Part shown: positions 45,794-54,269 of the stretch, piece after piece
How the letters are laid out: every line of letters starts with the position of its first letter
Numbering within the stretch: the stretch's first letter is position 1
Source: Ignavibacteriota bacterium
Lineage (GTDB): Bacteria > Bacteroidota > Ignavibacteria > Palsa-1295
Reading direction: 5' to 3'
Assembly (NCBI GenBank): GCA_963787835.1
Contig: CAWBEI010000002.1
Location: forward strand, 608,001-672,000
DNA: 64,000 nucleotides
Program-made: the position numbers and the translations under genes
The notes under the pieces: generated by a model
Databases searched by the model: none
Told to the model about the DNA's origin: nothing
Seen by the model: only the letters and a program-made list of their open reading frames with translations

Positions 45794-47521
45794 CTTACGA
45801 GTTGCGCGTCCCAGCAGCCTCCGCCAGGAGGACCGGTTGATACTACCCGGCCCAAGATTGACTCCGTGATGCCCCGGCATCGCCAGCTTAACGTTCCAAC
45901 CGATACGAAGCTGTATTTTCAATTCGAACGCGATGTGGATCAGTCCACCTTCGCAACTGCGTTTTCGATGACGCCGTATTTGAACGGTACGCCGAAGTTC
46001 CGATGGTCGGGCCGCAATGAAGTAACCATCACCCCGGCCACGCGTCTGAAAGATTCCACAACCTATACCGTTCAGCTTACCCGCGATCTAAAAACAAGTC
46101 TCGTAAATGGAACTGGCAGCCAGCTCGCAGCGCCGTTTTTTCTCACGTTCTCGACCGGCCCCGTTATCGATACCGGTATGCTTTCGGGATATTTGCTGAC
46201 TCCGATAAAATCCCAACCGATGAAACCAAGCGACCTGTTCATCTTTGCCTATGACATGTCAATACCTCATGCGGACACACTGAACTTTGCACACACACCT
46301 CCCGATCAACTAACGCAGCCCAACGATCAGGGCGTCTGGCAATTTTTAGCGATGAAAGTCGGCCACCGATACCGCGTGTTTGCGGTCGGGGATGTCTATC
46401 GGAACAAGGTATATGATGCCGGAGTCGATGCCTATGGCATACCGGCGGGAGATGTTACACTCGATAGTGTCGTCAAATCTGGGATCTATATTCGCATGTC
46501 ACCGGCGACCGATACGATCAAGCCGGAATTGCAGGACGTTGAAGTGGTCGATTCATTCCATATCCGAGCTCACTTTTCTGAACCGATCGATAGTCAGGAC
46601 GTTCATGCCCACAACTTTATTCTACACAGCGCTCCCCCTCCTAAAGAAGGAGGGGCCTGGGGGGTGGTCGCTGCCTTCCGTGAAAATCCAGAAAAGCATC
46701 CAAGCCAGATCACGCTTGTCACTTCCACTCCTCTAACGCCGAACCACGAATACACGCTGGAAGCGATTCGCGACAGCATCCACGATCTTTCCCATAATCC
46801 CCTCAGCGATTCGGCCCATAAAGTTACCTTTACCACGCCGCAGGAACTACGATCGCCCACACCTCCAAAATTCATTACGATGTCGCTTCGCGATAGCATC
46901 AAAGACATTTCTCAGTTGCCCTCGTTTCCTATCTCCTTCACGGATGCTGTGAATAAAGATTCCGCCGAACATGCCTTTACCATTACCGATACGGGGCACC
47001 ACTCCGTTCCCGCACTATTCCATTGGAACGACGATGCGAAAGTTTCTATGCGGCCTGCGGACAGCTTGGGTTCGAATGAGTTCTATCTGGTAACGGTCCG
47101 TTTGGGCAATATTCGGAGCGCGCTCACTCAAATTCCGGGCGTTGCAAAAGATACCGTGCTTCATTTCCATTTCAGGGCCGCGAATAACAGGGACTTCGGT
47201 ACCATCGGCGGGACAATTTCGATTGCGGATTCCTTCTTTGCCCGATCACCCAAAAGCGCATTAGTAGTGCAGGTGATGCAAAACGGGAATATTCTTACCG
47301 ATCAAAAGATACTTCCGCATGGCGAGCGGAAATTTCAATTCGATCAAATCCCAACTTCCACGTATCGCATTCGTGCGTTCCTTTCAGGGGATGGGAGCGG
47401 AACATACGATCCCGGTTCGGTCCAGCCCTGGCGTTTCGGAGTTCCCACCGGCGAGTACCCCAAACCATTCGATACACGCCCCCGCTGGACGATTCCCAAT
47501 ATTGATTTTGAAGTGAAATAG
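45743..47521 (+). CDS. Lipoprotein with Ig-like (Big_5-type) domains
   Basis: Lipobox LTSC then CASQQPPPGGPVDTTRP; FSTGPVIDTG; C-terminal D..G.YDPGS. Confidence 0.85.
   Translation: MRSFFITSYLLLITCYLLTSCASQQPPPGGPVDTTRPKIDSVMPRHRQLNVPTDTKLYFQFERDVDQSTFATAFSMTPYLNGTPKFRWSGRNEVTITPATRLKDSTTYTVQLTRDLKTSLVNGTGSQLAAPFFLTFSTGPVIDTGMLSGYLLTPIKSQPMKPSDLFIFAYDMSIPHADTLNFAHTPPDQLTQPNDQGVWQFLAMKVGHRYRVFAVGDVYRNKVYDAGVDAYGIPAGDVTLDSVVKSGIYIRMSPATDTIKPELQDVEVVDSFHIRAHFSEPIDSQDVHAHNFILHSAPPPKEGGAWGVVAAFRENPEKHPSQITLVTSTPLTPNHEYTLEAIRDSIHDLSHNPLSDSAHKVTFTTPQELRSPTPPKFITMSLRDSIKDISQLPSFPISFTDAVNKDSAEHAFTITDTGHHSVPALFHWNDDAKVSMRPADSLGSNEFYLVTVRLGNIRSALTQIPGVAKDTVLHFHFRAANNRDFGTIGGTISIADSFFARSPKSALVVQVMQNGNILTDQKILPHGERKFQFDQIPTSTYRIRAFLSGDGSGTYDPGSVQPWRFGVPTGEYPKPFDTRPRWTIPNIDFEVK
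46634..46668. repeat. CCCCTCCT...AGGAGGGG hairpin element, in frame in the lipoprotein (family E)
   Basis: CCCCCTCCT-aaaga-AGGAGGGG-CCTGGGGGGTGGT; encodes PPPKEGGAWGVV. Confidence 0.6.
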
Positions 47522-47565
47522 AGACGGAAGAATCTTTCCTCGATTATTCTCATTATTCTATTATT

Positions 47566-47814
47566 ATGATGAATCTTGGACCATACCCGCATATCGCCTT
47601 AGACCCGAAGATCTGCGGCGGCGCACCGTGTATTGCTGGTACACGCATTCCCGTTCGAACCATCGGCTCCTATGTGCAAATGGGAATTTCGCCAGACGTC
47701 TTGATCCAAGATTATTACCCGTGGCTCACGAAAGCAGAAGTGTTTGCTGCACTTGCCTACTATTATGACCATCTTCCTGAGGTCGAGGCTATAGATATCG
47801 TAGAAGCTGTATAG
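47566..47814 (+). CDS. DUF433 antitoxin
   Basis: DPKICGGAPCIAGTRIPV, YPWLT.AEV.AALAYY.DH. Confidence 0.93.
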   Translation: MMNLGPYPHIALDPKICGGAPCIAGTRIPVRTIGSYVQMGISPDVLIQDYYPWLTKAEVFAALAYYYDHLPEVEAIDIVEAV

Positions 47815-47823
47815 TCTCAAACG

Positions 47824-48153
47824 ATGACACTGCCAGCCTTACTGCTCGATGAAAACATTCCCTACGGTTTGCAACGGGCGTTGCGGCAAAGAGGCTGGGA
47901 TGTCGTGCATGTGAAGGACATTGGAATGCGTAGCGCCAGCGACCCCGAAGTGCTTGATGCAGGCATTCGCTCCAATAGAGTCATACTCACGTATAATATT
48001 GGTGATTTCACTCGATTGGATGAGTTATTACGAAATGCAAATCGTCCGCATCCCGGCATTCTTGTTTCCGTTGAACGTGCGATCGGAGATTTGGTGGATA
48101 GGTTAGAACACTTTGACTTCTCGCAAATTGATTCTACATTTAGGCATCTGTAA
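47824..48153 (+). CDS. DUF5615/VapC45-like PIN toxin
   Basis: LLLDENIP, GWDVVHV, SDPEVL, RVILTYN..DF, HPGIL. Confidence 0.9.
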   Translation: MTLPALLLDENIPYGLQRALRQRGWDVVHVKDIGMRSASDPEVLDAGIRSNRVILTYNIGDFTRLDELLRNANRPHPGILVSVERAIGDLVDRLEHFDFSQIDSTFRHL

Positions 48154-48175
48154 GATGCCCGACTGACTTTTAACT

Positions 48176-49654
48176 ATGTCTAGCCCACCCCTTAAACGCG
48201 CGCTCGGTCTTTACGCTACGACAGCCCTCGTCATCGGCTCGGTCGTGGGATCGGGAATTTTTTCATCTCCATCACAGATGGCGCGCGATCTGCCAAGCGC
48301 GCCGTATCTGATGGGGGTGTGGGTGCTCACCGGTATCCTGACACTCTTCGGCGCGTTCACGCAATGCGAACTTGTCGGACAAATGCCCAAGACTGGCGGA
48401 CTCTACGAATACTTCCGCGAAGTCTATGGTGAAGGACTCGGCTTTCTCTATGGATGGGCAAATTTTATGATCGCCGGAAGCGGAGCAATCGCGGCGATTA
48501 GCTTTTTCTTCGCACAGTATTTCGAGAATTTTACCGCGCTGCCACATTTTACGCACGCACTAACATTTCTTGGAGTGACCGAGGATACGCCATGGAATAT
48601 CCCGCTGCTCGGCGCCATTTTTCCCTATCAATTCTTGGGAAGGAAGTTAGTTGCATCGTTCCTCGTGGTGTTTCTGACAGCGCTAAATGTTCGAGGAGTA
48701 AAGCTTGGCGGAACAGTGCAAAGCATCTCGACCACAGCAAAAATGCTTGCCATTCTTGCCATCGTGCTTGTGGCATTCATTGCTGGATCGCATGTGGGTT
48801 CAACAGCTAATTGGAGCCATGCAGGAACCGCCGGCACATCACTGATCGGCTGGCCGCTTATTGGCGCTATTGCTCTTGCAATGTCCGGAGCATTCTGGTC
48901 CTATGATGGATGGGGAAATGCGGCATACATTGCTGGTGAAGTGCGCGAGCCACAAAAGATCATTCCTCGCGCTATCATTCTTGGTACGCTTACATTCATC
49001 GGACTCTATCTCGTCGTTAACCTTGCCTACTTCTATATCCTTTCTGTCGGAGGCGTTGCAAATGCACCCGGCGACCGCGTGGCTTCGCAAATGGTTTTCG
49101 CTGTTGTCGGATCCGGAGGCGCTGGAATTATAGCCGTTATTATGATGCTCTCGGCGTTCGATACTACAAACTCCACTGTGCTGACCAACGCCCGCGTGTA
49201 TTATGCCATGGCGCGCAACGGACTGTTTTACCGCAAGAGCGAGGAAGTTCACAAGAAATTCCAAACTCCGCATATTGCCTTATTTTTGCAGGGTGGGTGG
49301 TCTATTATTCTGCTTGTGACGGGATCCTTCGATCTTATCGTCAGCATGTATGTGTTCGTCAATTGGGTACTGTATGCGCTGATGGCGATCGCTGTTTTTA
49401 TCCTGCGCAAACGCAGGCCCAGTGCGGAGCGTCCATTTTCGGTGCCGGGATATCCGTGGGTTCCCGCGATCTTTGTGCTGTTTGCAAGCGCGTATGTTAT
49501 CATTACGCTTGTGACGGATATTCAGGCATATCAGGCCGGAACCCAGCCACTCATCCGCAGCGTGACCGGCATGGCGCTGGTGCTAACGGGATTGCCGTTC
49601 TATTATTATTGGCGATGGAAACGACGAAAGAAGTTGATAGTGGATAACGGATAG
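48176..49654 (+). CDS. APC-family amino acid permease
   Basis: GSVVGSGIF, PKTGGLYEY, WSYDGW, GEVREP, ARVYYAMAR, RPFSVPGYP. Confidence 0.94.
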   Translation: MSSPPLKRALGLYATTALVIGSVVGSGIFSSPSQMARDLPSAPYLMGVWVLTGILTLFGAFTQCELVGQMPKTGGLYEYFREVYGEGLGFLYGWANFMIAGSGAIAAISFFFAQYFENFTALPHFTHALTFLGVTEDTPWNIPLLGAIFPYQFLGRKLVASFLVVFLTALNVRGVKLGGTVQSISTTAKMLAILAIVLVAFIAGSHVGSTANWSHAGTAGTSLIGWPLIGAIALAMSGAFWSYDGWGNAAYIAGEVREPQKIIPRAIILGTLTFIGLYLVVNLAYFYILSVGGVANAPGDRVASQMVFAVVGSGGAGIIAVIMMLSAFDTTNSTVLTNARVYYAMARNGLFYRKSEEVHKKFQTPHIALFLQGGWSIILLVTGSFDLIVSMYVFVNWVLYALMAIAVFILRKRRPSAERPFSVPGYPWVPAIFVLFASAYVIITLVTDIQAYQAGTQPLIRSVTGMALVLTGLPFYYYWRWKRRKKLIVDNG

Positions 49655-49727
49655 TGGAAAGTTTGGAAATCTTGCTGCCCAAATCTTCTTTATCCACTCT
49701 CCGTTATACACCATACACTATCAACTA
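49632..49727. repeat. Inverted pair of heptamer arrays (AGTGGAT-like x4 / CTATCCA-like x5; family D)
   Basis: agttgat agtggat aacggat agtggaa ... ttatcca ctctccg ttataca ccataca ctatcaa. Confidence 0.75.
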
Positions 49728-49729
49728 TT

Positions 49730-50485
49730 ATGAACGTAGATCTCCTTGCAATAGCCGCGCATCCGGATGATGTCGAACTGGCGTGCGCGGGCACGTTGCT
49801 GATGAATAAACGCGCGGGCAAGCGCACCGGCATTCTCGACTTCACCCGTGGGGAGCTTTCCACGCGCGGCACGCTCGAAACCCGCGCGCGCGAAACCGAA
49901 GCGGCCACGAAAATCCTGCAGCTCGATTACCGCGCAAATCTCGAAATGCCCGATGGCAATATCGAACTTACGCAAGAGAATTTGCGGAAGGTTATTGTGC
50001 AAATTCGAAAAACACGTCCAACCATTCTACTTGGGCCAAGCCGCGAGGAACGCCATCCCGATCACGAAGCAGCGGCAGAGCTTGCGCGCCGCGCAGCATT
50101 TTATGCAGGACTGGTAAAGATCGAAACGAAAGATAAGGATGGGAACCCGCAGGAGCCACACCGTCCATTAATGCTGCTGCATTATTTGCAGGGACACCAC
50201 GTCGAATCGACCATTATCGTCGATATAACGCCTGTCATCGAGGAACGCATGAAGGCGGTGGAAGCCTATGCCTCTCAGTTCGATGGTAACAGGATGCCCA
50301 GCGACGATCTATCGAATCGCAAGTATGAGACGGTGCTTTCGCAACCGGGTTTCGTCGAAGGCATTCGCGCGCGTGCTGCGTATTTTGGTAGAAAGATCGG
50401 CACACGGTATGCGGAGCCGTTCTGGTCGCCCGAACCCCTCGGCACGCAAGACCTGTTCAGCCTGGTAACAAAGACTATCGCGTAG
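49730..50485 (+). CDS. bshB1: Bacillithiol biosynthesis deacetylase BshB1
   Basis: AHPDDVEL, DFTRGELSTRGT, RHPDH, AFYAGL.K, AYASQF, YAEPF. Confidence 0.9.
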   Translation: MNVDLLAIAAHPDDVELACAGTLLMNKRAGKRTGILDFTRGELSTRGTLETRARETEAATKILQLDYRANLEMPDGNIELTQENLRKVIVQIRKTRPTILLGPSREERHPDHEAAAELARRAAFYAGLVKIETKDKDGNPQEPHRPLMLLHYLQGHHVESTIIVDITPVIEERMKAVEAYASQFDGNRMPSDDLSNRKYETVLSQPGFVEGIRARAAYFGRKIGTRYAEPFWSPEPLGTQDLFSLVTKTIA

Positions 50486-50521
50486 TTTGAATTTAATTCA
50501 ATTTGAACTTGAAAGTTTTGC

Positions 50522-50653
50522 ATGTCATTCTGAGCGAAGCAAAACGGAGCGACAGCGGGGTTTTGCGAAGTCGAAGAATCTTTTGCACGCGCCGAGATCC
50601 TTCGACTCCGTTCGCCACTCCTTCGTCAGGGCGAACTCCGCTCAGGATGACAT
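50522..50653. repeat. Cloverleaf palindromic element (family B, copy 2)
   Basis: ATGTCATTCTGAGCG...CGCTCAGGATGACAT with the same three internal hairpins as 33653-33787. Confidence 0.85.
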
Positions 50654-50675
50654 CAGTAAGATAATCGAATATAAA

Positions 50676-52526
50676 TTGTCCTGCTACTGTAATCCTGGAT
50701 TTGGAATCTCGACCACAGCACACGGTGCTCTGCTGTTGTTCCTTGTGTTCAGCGCTATGAGTTGCACCACACCCGAAATGAAGCCGCTCATTTGCCCGCC
50801 GCCGCCTCAGCCGGTGTGCAATCCGGGAACGTTCGATAAAACATTACTGGATACGGTATATCATGGGGCCGGAATAGAGCAATTGCATATTACGATGCTT
50901 CCCTCCCCTGCAAACAGCCCAGAGGACGATTATGCGATGACGTTCATTCCGAATCCATCAGGCCCTCTTGCGCTCATCACCAGCGATAGGAATAATGCGG
51001 AGAACTACCATTCCGGCGGACGAACCCAGAGGCTTTTTTCTTCACGCGTTTATTCGACAACTCGTTTCGGCCCGATGTATCCTGTTCAGGGCGCAGATAA
51101 CATTCTGCCTGCGGGAACTGCATTTTACTCCAAAGCAGACGGTCTTCTCTATTTTTCCGCGAAAGCGCCGAACGAGGACCCCGACGATTACGATCTCTAC
51201 ACTGCATCTGTAACCATCAAGGGAGACGAAGTTACGATTTCCAACATACAGCCACTGAGCAAGCTCAATGCCGATGGACATTTCGATAGCCAGCCTGCGC
51301 TGGACGCAACCGGAACACATATCTATTTCGTCAGCGACCGGCCGGGCGGAGATGGAGGAACGGATATTTGGTATTCCGAACGCACCAGTGCAACCTCGAA
51401 TGACTGGATCGCGCCACAACCATTGCCGGAACCAGTAAACTCAGCCTGCGATGAGCTATCCCCCTTCATTCTTGCCTCCGATCCCAATACGCTCTACTTC
51501 GCGTCGAACGGTCACGAAACCGTCGGCGGATACGATCTTTTCAAGACGCATATTGCGAATGGCAGATATTCCGTGCCGGAGAATTTAGGCAAGCCGATCA
51601 ATACTCCATCCGATGAAGTGTTCCCATCGGCATTGAACGATACAGCGTTCTTCTGGTCCTCGAACGCGCCTGCAATGATGGGTGGAATGAATCTTTATAC
51701 GATCACGCGTACGCTTATCCCACTCCTTGCTGCGCATGGAGAGGTCTCTCCGCCAGGCCGCGTCGAGCCAAATCATTTGCGCGTTGATACCACACAGCCA
51801 GCACAGGAAGCTGTTGCACCGACATCTCCTACTCCGGCAACCCCTGTTACTCCGGCTTCAATGCCCCCGCTTCTTGGGCCAATCGAGATCATAACGCATG
51901 TCACTCGCGGCATGGATAACCGTCCGGCTATCGGTGCGGATATTTATGTACACCAAGATTCACTGGAACTCTATCGCGGGCTGATCCCCGAAACAGGAAT
52001 GATCGGTTTCAAAGTGAACCGCGAGGCAGAATATGATGTGGGCGCAGAAACGCCGGATGCGTTCTTCGATGTCAAGCATGTCGATCTGCGTGGCTTTAAA
52101 GATTCCATTATAAACGTCTATCTGCATTTGCCGGACACCCTTGTTATCCGCATTAATTTCCCCTTTGACGATTACCAGCACCCTTATGATTATACCATCG
52201 ACGATCACGGCGAACCTTCCTCGATGACGTGGCAACAGGCGCTTGACCTGACCGCGCATTCGGCAATTCGTTCGCTGTCGAAACTAAAAGAATTGCTGCT
52301 GATCGGCAATACCGATTCGCTGGGAACCGATGCGTACAATAACCGGCTCGGCCTCGAACGCGCAACGTTCGTTGCGAATGAATTGGAACGACGCGGGGTT
52401 CCGAAAGAAATAATTCGCGTGGCTTCCGAAGGCAGAACCGAGCCGGTAGCACGCCGTCCTGACGAATCCGATGAAATTTTCCGCCTGCGATCACGGAGGG
52501 TGGAATTTATTAAGGTGTTTCAGTAA
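50676..52526 (+). CDS. PD40 + OmpA_C lipoprotein (PorE-like)
   Basis: Lipobox-like AMSC; YFVSDRPGG.GGTDIW, LYFASNG; GNTDSLGTDAYN.RL..ERA, RRVEF; start uncertain (frame open from 50487). Confidence 0.85.
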   Translation: MSCYCNPGFGISTTAHGALLLFLVFSAMSCTTPEMKPLICPPPPQPVCNPGTFDKTLLDTVYHGAGIEQLHITMLPSPANSPEDDYAMTFIPNPSGPLALITSDRNNAENYHSGGRTQRLFSSRVYSTTRFGPMYPVQGADNILPAGTAFYSKADGLLYFSAKAPNEDPDDYDLYTASVTIKGDEVTISNIQPLSKLNADGHFDSQPALDATGTHIYFVSDRPGGDGGTDIWYSERTSATSNDWIAPQPLPEPVNSACDELSPFILASDPNTLYFASNGHETVGGYDLFKTHIANGRYSVPENLGKPINTPSDEVFPSALNDTAFFWSSNAPAMMGGMNLYTITRTLIPLLAAHGEVSPPGRVEPNHLRVDTTQPAQEAVAPTSPTPATPVTPASMPPLLGPIEIITHVTRGMDNRPAIGADIYVHQDSLELYRGLIPETGMIGFKVNREAEYDVGAETPDAFFDVKHVDLRGFKDSIINVYLHLPDTLVIRINFPFDDYQHPYDYTIDDHGEPSSMTWQQALDLTAHSAIRSLSKLKELLLIGNTDSLGTDAYNNRLGLERATFVANELERRGVPKEIIRVASEGRTEPVARRPDESDEIFRLRSRRVEFIKVFQ

Positions 52527-52540
52527 AAACACAAATTGCG

Positions 52541-53716
52541 TCATCCCGCCTTCACCTGAAAGAGCAGTCCCAATCCATACGTCACAACGGCAACGATAAT
52601 CCCCACGACCATCATTTCCATCCCGGATCTCCACCATGAGCGTACGGTGACAATGCTCTTGGCAGCGCCGACCAAGAAATGAGCGAGCAAGGAAACGGCG
52701 AAGCTGGTGATGACTGCTGTCATCCCACCTAAGAAAAAAAATGGGATGAGTGGAATGAACGCGCCGATGAGCGTCGAGAGTCCACCAGAAGCGAGCGAGC
52801 GCCACGGAGTTGGGAATGATATTTCGGAAAGCCCCAATTCCTCCGCACCCATCACTTTCAGGAATTCCTCCGGTTGCTTCGATATTTTGTGCGCGAGTTC
52901 GTTCGCTTCTGCTTCGCTGAATCCGCGAAGCTGGTACATGAGCGAAAGTTCTTCCAGTTCTTCTTCAGGATTTTCTTCGATCTCCTGCCGCTCGCGGTGC
53001 ATCTCGCCTTCATAGACTTCCCGCTGCGACTTCGCCGCAAGATACGCGCTCGATCCCATCGAAACAGAGCTTGCGATCATGCCCGCAAAACCAGAAAGCA
53101 ATACGAACTGTGTCGATGCGCCACCTGCCACATTCGTTGCGCCAGCAACGCCACTTACGATACCGAAAACCGCTCCTAACCCATCGTTCACACCATAGAT
53201 GGCATCCGCGAGCCAGGAGCCGCTACGCACATGCCACCGCTCGCGGCGAAGCAGCGTATCAAGTTTCGAGCGAGTATCGTGCTGAGGAAGGTGTGAATCT
53301 TCCGAGTACATTGAACGAAGAACCTTCCCGTGCACTTCTTCTTCTTTTTTTACTTCTTCGATCTCGCGGATAAGTTCTTCGTCGGTCACTTGGGCCATCA
53401 TTTTGGCGTAGCCACGCTCGGCGGCATCTTCATCCGCTTCCATGCGGCGAAGCACGCTTTCGGTATCCAGCGATTTTATGAGCATACGTTTGTACTGGAG
53501 TGAAATGCGGGAAGGCTCATCCACACTCGCTCCCATTTCTTCCAGTCGTTTTTTCCAGCGCGCCGCGTGCTTCTCTTCCTGCGCAACGAGTTTGTAGATC
53601 ACCGCTTTCCGCTTTTCATCGCGCTCGCGCTCGGCAAGCGCGCGGTATTGCTCGGCGGCCTCGCGCTCCGCACGGTAATTCTCTCGAAGGACTTTGATGG
53701 TGTAGGACTGGCTCAT
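52541..53716 (-). CDS. Ferritin-like/rubrerythrin domain fused to a VIT1/CCC1 transporter (MbfA-like)
   Basis: N-terminal E..EEKHA and E..EEVHG di-iron motifs; DAIYGVNDGL, SMGSSAYL, EELG VIT motifs. Confidence 0.9.
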   Translation of the reverse strand: MSQSYTIKVLRENYRAEREAAEQYRALAERERDEKRKAVIYKLVAQEEKHAARWKKRLEEMGASVDEPSRISLQYKRMLIKSLDTESVLRRMEADEDAAERGYAKMMAQVTDEELIREIEEVKKEEEVHGKVLRSMYSEDSHLPQHDTRSKLDTLLRRERWHVRSGSWLADAIYGVNDGLGAVFGIVSGVAGATNVAGGASTQFVLLSGFAGMIASSVSMGSSAYLAAKSQREVYEGEMHRERQEIEENPEEELEELSLMYQLRGFSEAEANELAHKISKQPEEFLKVMGAEELGLSEISFPTPWRSLASGGLSTLIGAFIPLIPFFFLGGMTAVITSFAVSLLAHFLVGAAKSIVTVRSWWRSGMEMMVVGIIVAVVTYGLGLLFQVKAG

Positions 53717-53796
53717 CTTAACGTAGCATTAATGATTCTTTGTTTGGATTTCAGAATTCTTACCAATATTCCCATAATTATCATGAACAATACAAA

Positions 53797-54258
53797 TCAT
53801 TCAAGTTCTTTTCTCAATAAATCTGCGATCATAGCAGGGAAAAAACTCTCGGAAGAAGAATTTATTTCTGAAATAGGCCACCATTTTACTTCAGCAATCG
53901 CTTCGTCTAACATAACGTTGTTATGCTTTGGCGAGGACCTTCCACCGGTTCTTGCAAAAAAAATTTGGGTTTCTATCAATACGGGTTTGCCATCATATAT
54001 TGATTCAAAGTCGCGAGTTAAAAGGCGTTGTTCAACACAGGCTATTTCTATACCTGTTTCTTCCATTAATTCTCTTCTGGCACCTTCTTCGAATGACTCA
54101 TTAGGTTCTAAACCTCCTCCAGGTGGGAGCCAGTAATTTTTTGCATGGATGTCATCGGGATTCGGGGCCGCCATATCCACAGTATGGCGAACAAGAAGTA
54201 CTTCATCCTTGTCATTTAGGAGCAGCACTCGCGCAACTTTTCTTTTCTTGAGTTCCAT
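53797..54258 (-). CDS. NUDIX hydrolase
   Basis: WLPPGGGLEPNESFEEGARRELMEETGI Nudix box. Confidence 0.9.
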   Translation of the reverse strand: MELKKRKVARVLLLNDKDEVLLVRHTVDMAAPNPDDIHAKNYWLPPGGGLEPNESFEEGARRELMEETGIEIACVEQRLLTRDFESIYDGKPVLIETQIFFARTGGRSSPKHNNVMLDEAIAEVKWWPISEINSSSESFFPAMIADLLRKELE

Positions 54259-54269
54259 TTAAAATGTCG

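Noticed and set aside
50487-50675. N-terminal extension of the OmpA lipoprotein reading through the cloverleaf element
   Set aside because: It would put the lipobox ~90 aa from the start; more likely a stop-free frame of the repeat
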